Virus record (IMG/VR): IMGVR_UViG_3300037069_002364
Coordinates: 5,500 to 69,499 of that record
Source of the DNA: a virus
Strand: one strand, 5' to 3'
Length of the DNA stretch: 64,000 nucleotides
Shown: one piece after another, positions 54,078 to 63,009 of the stretch
Position numbering within the stretch: the stretch's first letter is position 1
How the letters are laid out: every line of letters starts with the position of its first letter
Notes under the pieces: generated by a model
Databases searched by the model: none
The model's input: only the letters and a program-made list of their open reading frames with translations
What the model was told of the DNA's origin: nothing
Made by a program: the position numbers and the translations under genes

Positions 54078-56570
54078 ATGGCACAACTTTCGCTCGTCCT
54101 CTGCGATCTGGCGGGCAATGCACTGCCGCAGGAATGGGCGATTGAAGATGTCCTTTCCGCGACGGTGATGATGGAGGAACTGGATCGCTTCTCGCCGCAC
54201 AGTGTGACGACCAGTGCCAGTTTCCGCCGCAACCTCGCCCTCCTCAGTGGCCTCGCCACCGTGAAGATCATCGACGCCGACGTGGGCGTGGTCGCCTGGG
54301 GGATCATCGACAACCCGCAGGAGCAGATCACGCGTGCCGATGCGCACACGATCACCCTCTCCCTGCCGAACATCACCGAGGCATTGCGCTACTCGACCAC
54401 CGGACAAGGGTGGGCGGCGGGATCGAACGCGCAGCCGCTCGCCTTGCAAACCATCGTTCAGCGCCTCGGCGCATTGCATTATGGCTGGTCGGCCCACTGC
54501 CTCGACTACGGCAGTGACCCCTTCATCCTCGCCTATGACGACGCGACGGTACTGGGCGCACTGACCGAGACAGCGGCGGCGACCTTCGGGCATATCCGGC
54601 AGGGACGGGACACGAGCGGCGCACCGAATCAGACGATGGAACTCCTCCAGAACAGCGCCGCGCCGACCTTGCAACTGATCTCCCCTGATGGCGGCAATGC
54701 GAACGATATTGTCAACAGCAATCCGTACGCGCGTCTCGTGGACTCGATTACGCGCAACCCCGCCGACTGCACGAAACTCGTCAACGCGATGACACCCATC
54801 GGCGGTGGGTCGGGGTCGAGTCAGGTGCGATTCCGCCGCCTCTTCAAAATCCTCCACGATCCCGCGTACGAGCATTTCGGGCAGGCGGCGTACTTTCCTG
54901 AGTACGACCCAAACTTCCCGCTGCCCGCGCTCTATAACGCGGCAGCAGGTATCTGGCAACCCGCCCGCCTGATGAAGGGTGACAGCACGCAGTGGGAAGT
55001 GGCGGCGCGACTCGATGGCGGCGCGGACGGCTACGAGTACCACATCGTCAATCTGGCGTCCCTCGCCACCTATAACGCGCGCTTCCCGCATGAGGGGGAG
55101 TTCCGCAGCCAGTTCTCGGACAGCACCTTCTCCTACACGACTGACGCGACGGACATCACCTCGCAGGAGCAGACGGAACGCGCCCTCTATGTCGCGGCGA
55201 AGGCGCAACTCCAGTGGTACGGCTTCCCGCAGCGCACCGTCACGGTGACGACGGTCGGCAGTGGCCGTCCACCCCGCGCGGGCGATCAGGTGACACTCGG
55301 CTACCGGCGCATTGGCGTGGACGAGCAGGGGCCGTTCAGCGAGATGGACGAGAACGGCACCTATACCATTGTCGCAGTGCAGCGCACGTATGATACGAGC
55401 GGCGTGGCGACCGATACGTGGACACTGACGAACAATGGCAAGCAGCCACCGGACGCGGCGAGCAGGGGGATTGACGGGACACGCAAACTGATCGAGGCGA
55501 TACGCTCAGTACCGACGACGGTGAGCGCGCCCTATCAGATCGCGAGCGGCGTCTGGGACATCGACGCCATTCATCCCCTGACGAACTACTGGGAGATTCC
55601 CACCCAGTCCTTCCGGGTGCAATCGGCAAAGATCAGAATCAACCTCTTCCCCTCGCGTGCCAATGTCAGGGTCACGGATGCGCCGCCGCTGGCGGTGAGT
55701 GTGCCGATCCCGGCGCTCAACGTCGTCAGTTTCGGCCTGCCGCTGCATTCACATAGCTCGCCGATCCCGCTGCACGCGCACGGCGGCATCCACAGTACAC
55801 TCGGCACGAGCGGGACCACCGACATCAGCCACGGGCAAGGGACGAGCGTGCCCGCGTCAAAGAGCGGCACGTCGGACAACGCGAACAACGTCGCCGGGGT
55901 GGACACGCACGGTCATTACATCCCTGTTTTCGGCGGATTGACGAACCCGAATGCCGACCAGGATTTGTGGTTCAAGGGTGACTCGCAGGTACTGGCGATG
56001 AAGGCGGGCGGGAACTATCGCGGTCCAGCGACCGGTTCGCAGACGCTCAACTCGAATCACGCTCACGCCGACACGATTGGCGTGGGCGGCGGCGGCACGG
56101 TAAACAACCTCGGACCGACCGGCAAGGGACTGGGGAGCGGCGCAACGCCCATCGGCTTTGACACGAGCAACTACAGCGTACTCACCTCCACCTATGCCGA
56201 CAACGGCGGAACAGTGCTTGGGGTCACAACGCAGGGCACCACGACCGGGACAACGGCGACGCACTCCCACAATCTCCTGCCGGGCATCTTCGAGACCAAC
56301 CTGCCGATGCGCGTCGGCCTCTACATTGACGCCGGGGACGGCAACCTCGTTGACCGCAGCCCCGAACTGGGCGGCCCGTGGACGGCGACGATGACCGCCT
56401 CCGTGGACATCAGCAAATATCTCGTGGCAACGAAGGGCGGCCAGGTTGTGCGCTTCCAAGTCGTCGCGCTGACCGATGCAAACAATCCAACGGGCCTCGG
56501 ACGTGCCGAGGTGTCAGGTGTGGGCGTCTTGGAGATGTCGAGTGCTTCGGCAACCTTCTTCGCCGCGTAA
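54078..56570 (+). CDS. Baseplate hub / Tal-like minor tail protein with HxH-rich C-terminal region
   Basis: RAGDQVTL...YTIVAVQRTY hub-type end, then multiple HxH motifs. Confidence 0.65.
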   Translation: MAQLSLVLCDLAGNALPQEWAIEDVLSATVMMEELDRFSPHSVTTSASFRRNLALLSGLATVKIIDADVGVVAWGIIDNPQEQITRADAHTITLSLPNITEALRYSTTGQGWAAGSNAQPLALQTIVQRLGALHYGWSAHCLDYGSDPFILAYDDATVLGALTETAAATFGHIRQGRDTSGAPNQTMELLQNSAAPTLQLISPDGGNANDIVNSNPYARLVDSITRNPADCTKLVNAMTPIGGGSGSSQVRFRRLFKILHDPAYEHFGQAAYFPEYDPNFPLPALYNAAAGIWQPARLMKGDSTQWEVAARLDGGADGYEYHIVNLASLATYNARFPHEGEFRSQFSDSTFSYTTDATDITSQEQTERALYVAAKAQLQWYGFPQRTVTVTTVGSGRPPRAGDQVTLGYRRIGVDEQGPFSEMDENGTYTIVAVQRTYDTSGVATDTWTLTNNGKQPPDAASRGIDGTRKLIEAIRSVPTTVSAPYQIASGVWDIDAIHPLTNYWEIPTQSFRVQSAKIRINLFPSRANVRVTDAPPLAVSVPIPALNVVSFGLPLHSHSSPIPLHAHGGIHSTLGTSGTTDISHGQGTSVPASKSGTSDNANNVAGVDTHGHYIPVFGGLTNPNADQDLWFKGDSQVLAMKAGGNYRGPATGSQTLNSNHAHADTIGVGGGGTVNNLGPTGKGLGSGATPIGFDTSNYSVLTSTYADNGGTVLGVTTQGTTTGTTATHSHNLLPGIFETNLPMRVGLYIDAGDGNLVDRSPELGGPWTATMTASVDISKYLVATKGGQVVRFQVVALTDANNPTGLGRAEVSGVGVLEMSSASATFFAA

Positions 56571-56581
56571 AGGGGGAAACA

Positions 56582-56914
56582 GTGTTGAGTGACAAGATTC
56601 GTCGGATGCTGGATCAGGGACGCCCGACGACGGCGCTCGTTGATGATGTCAACGAGGCGCGGGAGATCGTGCAGCGGTCGATACTGCTCGATCCGCTGGA
56701 CGGCAAGAAGCGCGTCCTGATCACGGTGGGCGCTGACGGCAACTTCGAGCCGGTGGCGTGGTTCGGCCTGACACACGGATTGGTGGAAGCATCGAATATC
56801 GCCGCGCATGGCGCGCTCATTCTCACCGAGTGCGTCTGGCAGGAGAGCGTCACGGCGGCGGAAGCGGAAGCAAGCCGACAGTCAGCGGCGCGGGCGGCAT
56901 CGCATGGCGAGTAA
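56582..56914 (+). CDS. Hypothetical protein
   Basis: GTG start with AAAGGGG RBS. Confidence 0.55.
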   Translation: MLSDKIRRMLDQGRPTTALVDDVNEAREIVQRSILLDPLDGKKRVLITVGADGNFEPVAWFGLTHGLVEASNIAAHGALILTECVWQESVTAAEAEASRQSAARAASHGE

Positions 56915-57263
56915 TCCACGCGCCCTCGTCGCGCGCCTGGTCACGCATTTCGTCGGTGAAGCGGCGGTCGTGCCCTATGCGCCACGGGCACTGAAACGGC
57001 CCGAACCGATGACAGCGGTGGACTTCCTGCACGATGAGGCGCACCTGCCGTTCGAGTTCGTCTGCGACGTGATGGGCAAGCAGCGCGACCTCCCCTCCAA
57101 CTCCGGCACGATCAGTCTCAGTGATCCGACCGTCAACGGCAAGACCTTCTCCGTAGGTCACAACACGATCACCCTCAACCGCCTGCCAATGGCGATGTAC
57201 CGCCTGATTCCCGAGGAGGCGGTGGTACGCGTGACGATTGAGGTACTAACCGGGGGCGCGTAA
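56904..57263 (+). CDS. Hypothetical protein
   Basis: MASNPRALVARLV...; overlaps neighbours. Confidence 0.55.
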   Translation: MASNPRALVARLVTHFVGEAAVVPYAPRALKRPEPMTAVDFLHDEAHLPFEFVCDVMGKQRDLPSNSGTISLSDPTVNGKTFSVGHNTITLNRLPMAMYRLIPEEAVVRVTIEVLTGGA

Positions 57264-57685
57264 TGCAACAACGACAACAACAGGAATGCTCACCCTCGCT
57301 CCGGCAGCGGGTGACGCGCGTCATTGACCAGTGGGAGACGAGCCTAACCTTCTTCTGTCTGGTCTTTGGCTTCTTCATCGGTTGGGTACTGGTCATCCAG
57401 CCCTTCCATCATCTCCTCCCCCCGGACAGTCCGTACCTCTCCTTCGGCACCGTGGGCATGGTCGTCGTCGGCGCGGCATACATCCTCGCCACGACCTACA
57501 GCGCGCTCTACCCGGAGCGGCACGGTGCCTATGCCGCCATCTCCCTGATCGCGGGCACGGGCCTCTATGCGGGCCTGCGGGCGCACGACATCGTGGCGAC
57601 CGGCTTCTGGACACTCGCCTTGATCACCGTTTCGGTCGGTGTCGCGCGCCTCTTACGTGCGCTCTATCGAGGAGCGCGCCAATGA
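57263..57685 (+). CDS. Membrane protein (about 4 TM), lysis module
   Basis: Four hydrophobic segments. Confidence 0.65.
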   Translation: MQQRQQQECSPSLRQRVTRVIDQWETSLTFFCLVFGFFIGWVLVIQPFHHLLPPDSPYLSFGTVGMVVVGAAYILATTYSALYPERHGAYAAISLIAGTGLYAGLRAHDIVATGFWTLALITVSVGVARLLRALYRGARQ

Positions 57686-58089
57686 TCGCCGTCGTCACCA
57701 GCACACCGGGGGGCGTCATCGGGACCATCGCGCTCATCCTCTCGCTCCTCGGCGTGGGCGAGATCGTCCGCGTCTACGTCGGACGGGCAGCGGGACGCTA
57801 TCGCGAACGGCGCGTGGACCGACGCGAAGAGAATGCCGACGACCGCGCCGAACTGGAAAGTTGGCGCAGCAACAGCAATCAGTGGCAGGGGCAAGTGATG
57901 ACGCTCCAGGGCGAATTAGTCAAACGGGATACACGGATCGCCCAGTTGGAGCGGGATGTCAGCGACCTCCGCGAGGAGATGCGCACCCTCCACGGCGAGA
58001 TGACCGACATCCTCAGAGAGAACCGGCGCTACCGCATCCTCCTCGAAGCACGGGCCGACAATGGCATCGACACCGGAAAGGCGGACTGA
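57682..58089 (+). CDS. N-terminal TM plus coiled-coil protein (holin-like/lysis accessory)
   Basis: GVIGTIALILSLLGVGEIV, then heptad-rich region. Confidence 0.65.
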   Translation: MIAVVTSTPGGVIGTIALILSLLGVGEIVRVYVGRAAGRYRERRVDRREENADDRAELESWRSNSNQWQGQVMTLQGELVKRDTRIAQLERDVSDLREEMRTLHGEMTDILRENRRYRILLEARADNGIDTGKAD

Positions 58090-58090
58090 C

Positions 58091-58240
58091 ATGGACCTCC
58101 TGATCATCCTGATCGTGCTTTTGCTGATCCTGTGGGTCTTCGGACTGGCGACGGCGATTGGTGGGTCGCTGATCCATCTGCTCCTCGTCGTCGTGGTGAT
58201 CGTCCTGATCATTCGCCTCCTGCAAGGGCGGGGGGTGTAG
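58091..58240 (+). CDS. Lmo0937-family small membrane protein, 49 aa; not in ORF track
   Basis: MDLLIILIVLLLILWVFGLATAIGGSLIHLLLVVVVIVLIIRLLQGRGV. Confidence 0.75.
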   Translation: MDLLIILIVLLLILWVFGLATAIGGSLIHLLLVVVVIVLIIRLLQGRGV

Positions 58241-58241
58241 C

Positions 58242-58652
58242 GTGCCGTACCACCGTCACTACATCCATCAGCCACACTCCGTGGGTGAGCGCGCGGCGGA
58301 TCGGGTCGCCACCGCGATGGGGTCGTGGCGCTTCATCATCATTCAGACCGTTTTCGTCGCCCTCTGGATGGCCTGTAATGTCGTCGGCTTCGTCCACCAT
58401 TGGGATATTTTCCCGTTTATCCTCCTCAACCTCCTGTTTAGCACGCAGGCCGCATACGCCGCGCCGATCATCATGATGTCGCAGAACCGGCAGGCCGCGA
58501 AGGATCGACTCCGTGACGACCATGAGGCGGGCGAGGTGTCGCAGATTCTCGCCATCCTCGATCTCGTCCATACCCTGTCCGTCAATCAGATGGCGATCTT
58601 GCAGGAGATGGTGCTGGCACGGCAGGAGCGCGACCGGGCGACCGAGGTATGA
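58242..58652 (+). CDS. DUF1003 family membrane protein
   Basis: ADRVATAMGSWRFIIIQ...DIFPFILLNLLFSTQAAYAAPIIMMSQNRQAAKDR. Confidence 0.9.
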   Translation: MPYHRHYIHQPHSVGERAADRVATAMGSWRFIIIQTVFVALWMACNVVGFVHHWDIFPFILLNLLFSTQAAYAAPIIMMSQNRQAAKDRLRDDHEAGEVSQILAILDLVHTLSVNQMAILQEMVLARQERDRATEV

Positions 58653-58909
58653 GCGCGCCTCTCGCGGTCGTGATCCTCCTCGCCCTCTGGCTCCTCGTCT
58701 ACGTCTCCCGACCACAGCGCCCCGAGGGGCTGAATGAGACGGCGTGGCGCGTCTACGTGCACCTCCAGGGGTCGTGGGAGCGGCTGCGCCTGACCGCGCT
58801 CCTCCTCACGATGTTCGCGTTCTTCCTGATGATCGGCCTCTTCATGCAGGCCGCGTCCCCGCACGCTCCGCACTGCACCGAGCACCAGAGCGCCACCGTT
58901 GACTGTTAG
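58649..58909 (+). CDS. Small 2-TM membrane protein
   Basis: Two hydrophobic helices; directly before endolysin. Confidence 0.6.
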   Translation: MSAPLAVVILLALWLLVYVSRPQRPEGLNETAWRVYVHLQGSWERLRLTALLLTMFAFFLMIGLFMQAASPHAPHCTEHQSATVDC

Positions 58910-58926
58910 TAGTGAGGGAGGGAATC

Positions 58927-60945
58927 ATGCCGAAGAATATCCTCGGCCTCCATGCGCCCGTACAGGGAGCCACGGACGCCTTCAAGCAGTGCCGCGCCAA
59001 CATCGGTGCGTCCTGCGTGTTGTTTACTGCCGCCTGCGGCCCGCAAGACGCGACGGATGGGGTGACGAACCTCGTGCGCCTGCCGTCCCCGCAGCAGGGC
59101 GAGAGCAGCGACGGCTACATTGCCCGCACCCACGATCAGATCGCCCGCTGGTACGCATCGGGTATTGCGGCGCTCTTCATTCCCGGTAACGAACCCGACC
59201 TCGCCGAATCCAGTGGCGATGTACCCACGGCGTATACACAGGCCGCGTGGGAAGCGCAGATGGAGGCCGTGGTGTCTGCGTTACGGAGTGTATGGGGTGG
59301 CATCGTCCTCGCCGCGCCCGCGTATAGCGTCGGTAACATGTCATGGTACACCCCGCGCTACGCGGGACTCTTTGATAGTGTCACCGCACACGCCTACTGG
59401 TGGGCAGACAAAGACGAGATGCACGACACCGCCGCAGGCGCGGCATGGCAGTACGCGACCCCCTTCGGGAAGCCGGTCTACATCACCGAGGCGAACAGCA
59501 ACCCAACGACGCCCGACCAACTGGCGGCATGGGCGGCGGGACTACCGGAGATCGTCAAGGGGGTCTGTTTCTATATCACCGACGATCAGGGGCATGACCC
59601 CCAGTACAACATCACCCCCGCGCAGGCAGCGGCGATCCGGCAGGCATACGACGCGCCCGTGGTTGTCCCTGATCCCGTGCCGACGCCGGAGCCATTGCCG
59701 ACACCACCGCCCGCGCCCACGGGAGGGTACAGCGGCGACAGCGATCCGCGCGGCTTCCGTGCCCTCGATGGTCGCTGGCTTCCGTATCTCACCGCCCACA
59801 ACGCGAGCGAAGCGGCAGCGATCTGCGCGACCTACCATGATGCCTGCCAGACGATTGGCTATGACGCCAACCTTGCCATCGCGCAGGGGTGTGTGGAGAC
59901 GGCCACCTTCACCTCCGCGCGGTGGCAGAACGCGCACGCGGCGGCAGGGGTCGGCATCTACAGTGACGGCACCCCGGACATCATCTGGGGCGAGAGTGAC
60001 GCGACGCCGCACGGCACCGTTGAAGCGGGTATTCGCGCGCAGTGCGAACTCCTCTCCGACTACTACTGTGGCGGCACGGAACCGTGGGGCATTCTCAAGC
60101 CGCATCACTTCGGCGGCATGAACCTCGGCAAGACGAAACTCTCCGACATGGATGGCGTCTGGGCGGCGGATACGCAGTACTCTGCCACGATCAGCGCGCT
60201 TGCAAACGGCGTCCTCGGTGACACCGTGCCCGCACCGACGCCGCCGCCCATCCCTGATCCGGCACCCGCACCGCTCGGGCCGATCACCCTCGCGGACATC
60301 CTGCGGGTCGCAACGGCGCACATCGGCAACACGAAGACCGATGAGGGGCAGCCGGAGTACGAGTGGTGCGAACAGGAAGTCGAGGAGTGGCTGGCGGAGG
60401 CGGGATTGGCCCGCGTGCGCTATCCCTCGGCGGCGGTACATGGCGACGCGGTGGCCGCAGCGGGCCTCTTCCATATGGAGATGCCGCCACCGCCCGGAGC
60501 CGTCCTGATTGGTGGGCGGGCTTTCGATCCAAACGGCCACATCTTCGTCGCGGACACCTACCCGTTCGTGATTACGACCTACCCCGGCACGGTGAGCCGC
60601 ATTGATGCGGTGGCGAATGGTTGGTATGCGTCGGCGGGACTCTTGGGCTGGTACATCCCCGCAGGCGTTCGCACAGAGGAGGACGACATGGCACTCCCCA
60701 TCGAAGGGAAAGCGGACGACGGGTTGTACGAGTATGCGTTCCAACGCTCGGGGCAGGCGCTCAACAAAGAGAGCGGTATCTATACGCGCTGGCTCGGCAT
60801 GGTGAAGGCGGGCGTACCGATTGGTATTCCGACCTCACCCGAATTCTCTTTTCCCGATGGCCGCACCTGCCAGACCTTCTCCTCGGGCGCGGTGATGACC
60901 GCCGTCAAGCAGGAGGACGGCACCTTCCACGTCTATGTGAACTAA
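58927..60945 (+). CDS. Multidomain endolysin: TIM-barrel glycoside hydrolase + glucosaminidase-like + CHAP/NlpC-like + LGFP-like binding repeat
   Basis: GNEPD...AHAYW...KPVYITE; AIAQGCVET...GVWAADTQY; EWCEQEV...GHIFV; IYTRW...IGIPTSPE...QTFSSG; Pro-rich linkers between domains. Confidence 0.8.
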   Translation: MPKNILGLHAPVQGATDAFKQCRANIGASCVLFTAACGPQDATDGVTNLVRLPSPQQGESSDGYIARTHDQIARWYASGIAALFIPGNEPDLAESSGDVPTAYTQAAWEAQMEAVVSALRSVWGGIVLAAPAYSVGNMSWYTPRYAGLFDSVTAHAYWWADKDEMHDTAAGAAWQYATPFGKPVYITEANSNPTTPDQLAAWAAGLPEIVKGVCFYITDDQGHDPQYNITPAQAAAIRQAYDAPVVVPDPVPTPEPLPTPPPAPTGGYSGDSDPRGFRALDGRWLPYLTAHNASEAAAICATYHDACQTIGYDANLAIAQGCVETATFTSARWQNAHAAAGVGIYSDGTPDIIWGESDATPHGTVEAGIRAQCELLSDYYCGGTEPWGILKPHHFGGMNLGKTKLSDMDGVWAADTQYSATISALANGVLGDTVPAPTPPPIPDPAPAPLGPITLADILRVATAHIGNTKTDEGQPEYEWCEQEVEEWLAEAGLARVRYPSAAVHGDAVAAAGLFHMEMPPPPGAVLIGGRAFDPNGHIFVADTYPFVITTYPGTVSRIDAVANGWYASAGLLGWYIPAGVRTEEDDMALPIEGKADDGLYEYAFQRSGQALNKESGIYTRWLGMVKAGVPIGIPTSPEFSFPDGRTCQTFSSGAVMTAVKQEDGTFHVYVN

Positions 60946-61005
60946 TCTGTACTTGTATAAGACCGTAGTGGTAGACAACCGTACCTGTATACGAACGGAG
61001 GCACC

Positions 61006-61410
61006 GTGAATCCCACGACGACCCAGATGATTCTCCAGTCCCTCGCCTCACTCGTGCTGCTCGTTATCCCAGTGGTCGGGGCGTACGGCGTGACGCTACT
61101 CAAGAAGCACGCGACCCAGAACCAGATCGTCATCGGCCTCTCGATTGCGCACATCGTCGTGCGGGCCACGGAGCAGGTAGCGGCGACGACGGGCATGACA
61201 TCGAGCACGAAGTACGCCGAAGCCCTCGACCGGGCGCTCAACCTCGGCAAGCGGCTCGGTGTGGACTTCACGACCGAGCAGTGGCGCGGCTTCATCGAGC
61301 AGGCAGTGCATGAACTCAATCTCTCCTTCGCGCCGATCCTGCCCGCGATTGCCGTCCCCGCCGTGCCCGCCGCGCCGCCTCCGGGTGTGCCCGCCACTCC
61401 CGCCGCCTAA
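61006..61410 (+). CDS. Holin, LL-H family
   Basis: N-terminal TM, then VVRATEQ...KYAEAL...EQWRGFIEQAVHEL. Confidence 0.8.
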   Translation: MNPTTTQMILQSLASLVLLVIPVVGAYGVTLLKKHATQNQIVIGLSIAHIVVRATEQVAATTGMTSSTKYAEALDRALNLGKRLGVDFTTEQWRGFIEQAVHELNLSFAPILPAIAVPAVPAAPPPGVPATPAA

Positions 61411-61688
61411 TGGCGCGCTACGTCCACTTGGCCTCCAAAGCCGAGCAGCCCGACCAGCCTTGCACGGTGGAGGCGCACCGCTTCGCGCACCACGCGCGCT
61501 GGCATCCCCCGGACGCGGAGAAGGTCTCGATTGCCGGGGCGGGCAATGAACCGTGGATCGCCTACGAGCACGTCTCCCCGGGTGACTGGGAAGTGGAGAC
61601 GGGTGCGACTCTGGGAACGAAGAAACTGATCGTCCCCGGCCTCGTCTTCCCCCTGCTCTACGTTCTCGCCGAGGAACCAACCCCCTAA
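61410..61688 (+). CDS. Hypothetical protein
   Basis: Coupled to holin stop. Confidence 0.55.
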   Translation: MARYVHLASKAEQPDQPCTVEAHRFAHHARWHPPDAEKVSIAGAGNEPWIAYEHVSPGDWEVETGATLGTKKLIVPGLVFPLLYVLAEEPTP

Positions 61689-61855
61689 CCAACACGGGCG
61701 GGCAACGGCGAACGAGAGAGAGCGGCTACATACCCTCCAGCGGCCCTCAGAGCGAAAAAAGCCGTCAGGCTGGAGAACGCTCGCCGTCCCGTCACTTTTT
61801 TTGTGGAGGACGCATCTGTACGCTGCCGCGTCTGCGGCACGGAGGGAGCCAGCGC

Positions 61856-62956
61856 GTGAGTTACACCCGGGCCGAACTGGAAGAGTTCGCGACCTTCAAG
61901 CAACGCTTCACGGGCGATCCGCGCCCCAACGCCGAGATACACACCCTCTGGATTGACGCCCGCCGCGCCCGCAAGAACCGGGGGCTGGCGAAGGCGTGGC
62001 CGGAAGCGACGTGGCTGATGTCCAAACGAGAGCGCACCGCCTATCTCCTGGGCACGCAGACCGAGGCCGCACCGCCGCCGCCCCCGCACGCCGCCTTCAC
62101 GAGCGACAAGAAGACGGGCGCGGCCTTCTCGTGGCGCAGTATGAATCGCCTCATCGAGCAGCGGCAGGAGATGAAGCGGGAGTCGGCGTGGTCACAGAAG
62201 ACGGCGCGTATTGACTTCTCCCACCTCGACCACCCGATCTGCGTCATCGCGCTCTCGGACACGCACATTGGCTCATGGGGCACCGACCACACCCTGCTCG
62301 AAAAAGTCGTGGACGAGATCATGGCGGTGCCAAATCTCTACATCGCGTTTCTCGGTGACGTAGCGGAGATGGCAGTCAAGATGCGCTCCGTCGCCGAGGT
62401 GATGGGCAACATGCTCGACATCGAGGAACAGGAGATGTACGCCGAGGATTTCCTCAACGAGATCGCGCCGCGCATCCTGTTCTCGACGTGGGACAACCAC
62501 TCCATCGAGCGCGCCGAGCAGCAGGTGGGAACGAGCGCGATTGCTAAACTCTTCTCGCGCCGCGTCGTCTATCACAGCGGCATCGGCCACCCAGATATTG
62601 TTGTCGGCAACCAGACCTACCGGGTGGCGGCGACGCACCGCTTCCGTGGCTCCTCGATAGATCACCCCTGTCACGGCGGCATGCGCTACCTACTGCGCGA
62701 GGGGAACGACCGCGAGATCGCGCTGGAAGGGGACAAGCATCGCCCCGGCAAAGAGACGGCGGTGCATTCGGGCGTGCCGAAACTGGCGCTCAACAGCGGC
62801 ACCTTCAACGTGAACAGCGGCTACGGCAATCGCTACTTCTCGCTCTACACCTGCCCCGCGTTCCCCTGCTTCACGCTCCATCCCGACAAGCACATGTTCA
62901 ACGATTACTGGTCGGTTGATCATTATCTATCCGCGACCGGCCAGCGCGCCGCATAA
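61856..62956 (+). CDS. Calcineurin-like metallophosphoesterase with N-terminal extension
   Basis: LSDTHIG, LGDVAE, WDNH, THRF, GDKH metal-binding motifs. Confidence 0.85.
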   Translation: MSYTRAELEEFATFKQRFTGDPRPNAEIHTLWIDARRARKNRGLAKAWPEATWLMSKRERTAYLLGTQTEAAPPPPPHAAFTSDKKTGAAFSWRSMNRLIEQRQEMKRESAWSQKTARIDFSHLDHPICVIALSDTHIGSWGTDHTLLEKVVDEIMAVPNLYIAFLGDVAEMAVKMRSVAEVMGNMLDIEEQEMYAEDFLNEIAPRILFSTWDNHSIERAEQQVGTSAIAKLFSRRVVYHSGIGHPDIVVGNQTYRVAATHRFRGSSIDHPCHGGMRYLLREGNDREIALEGDKHRPGKETAVHSGVPKLALNSGTFNVNSGYGNRYFSLYTCPAFPCFTLHPDKHMFNDYWSVDHYLSATGQRAA

Positions 62957-62963
62957 ACGCATC

Positions 62964-63003
62964 GAGGGCGCAGGGGAGAAAATCCCCTGCGCCCTCTTTT
63001 TTT
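62964..63003 (+). terminator. Strong intrinsic terminator ending the late operon, between convergent arms
   Basis: 14-bp stem GAGGGCGCAGGGGA/TCCCCTGCGCCCTC plus T7. Confidence 0.9.
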
Positions 63004-63009
63004 GTTTGC

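Noticed and set aside
50625-56570. Diversity-generating retroelement or invertible tail-fibre cassette
   Set aside because: No reverse transcriptase, invertase or template/variable repeat pair seen; the fibre duplications are short coding repeats.
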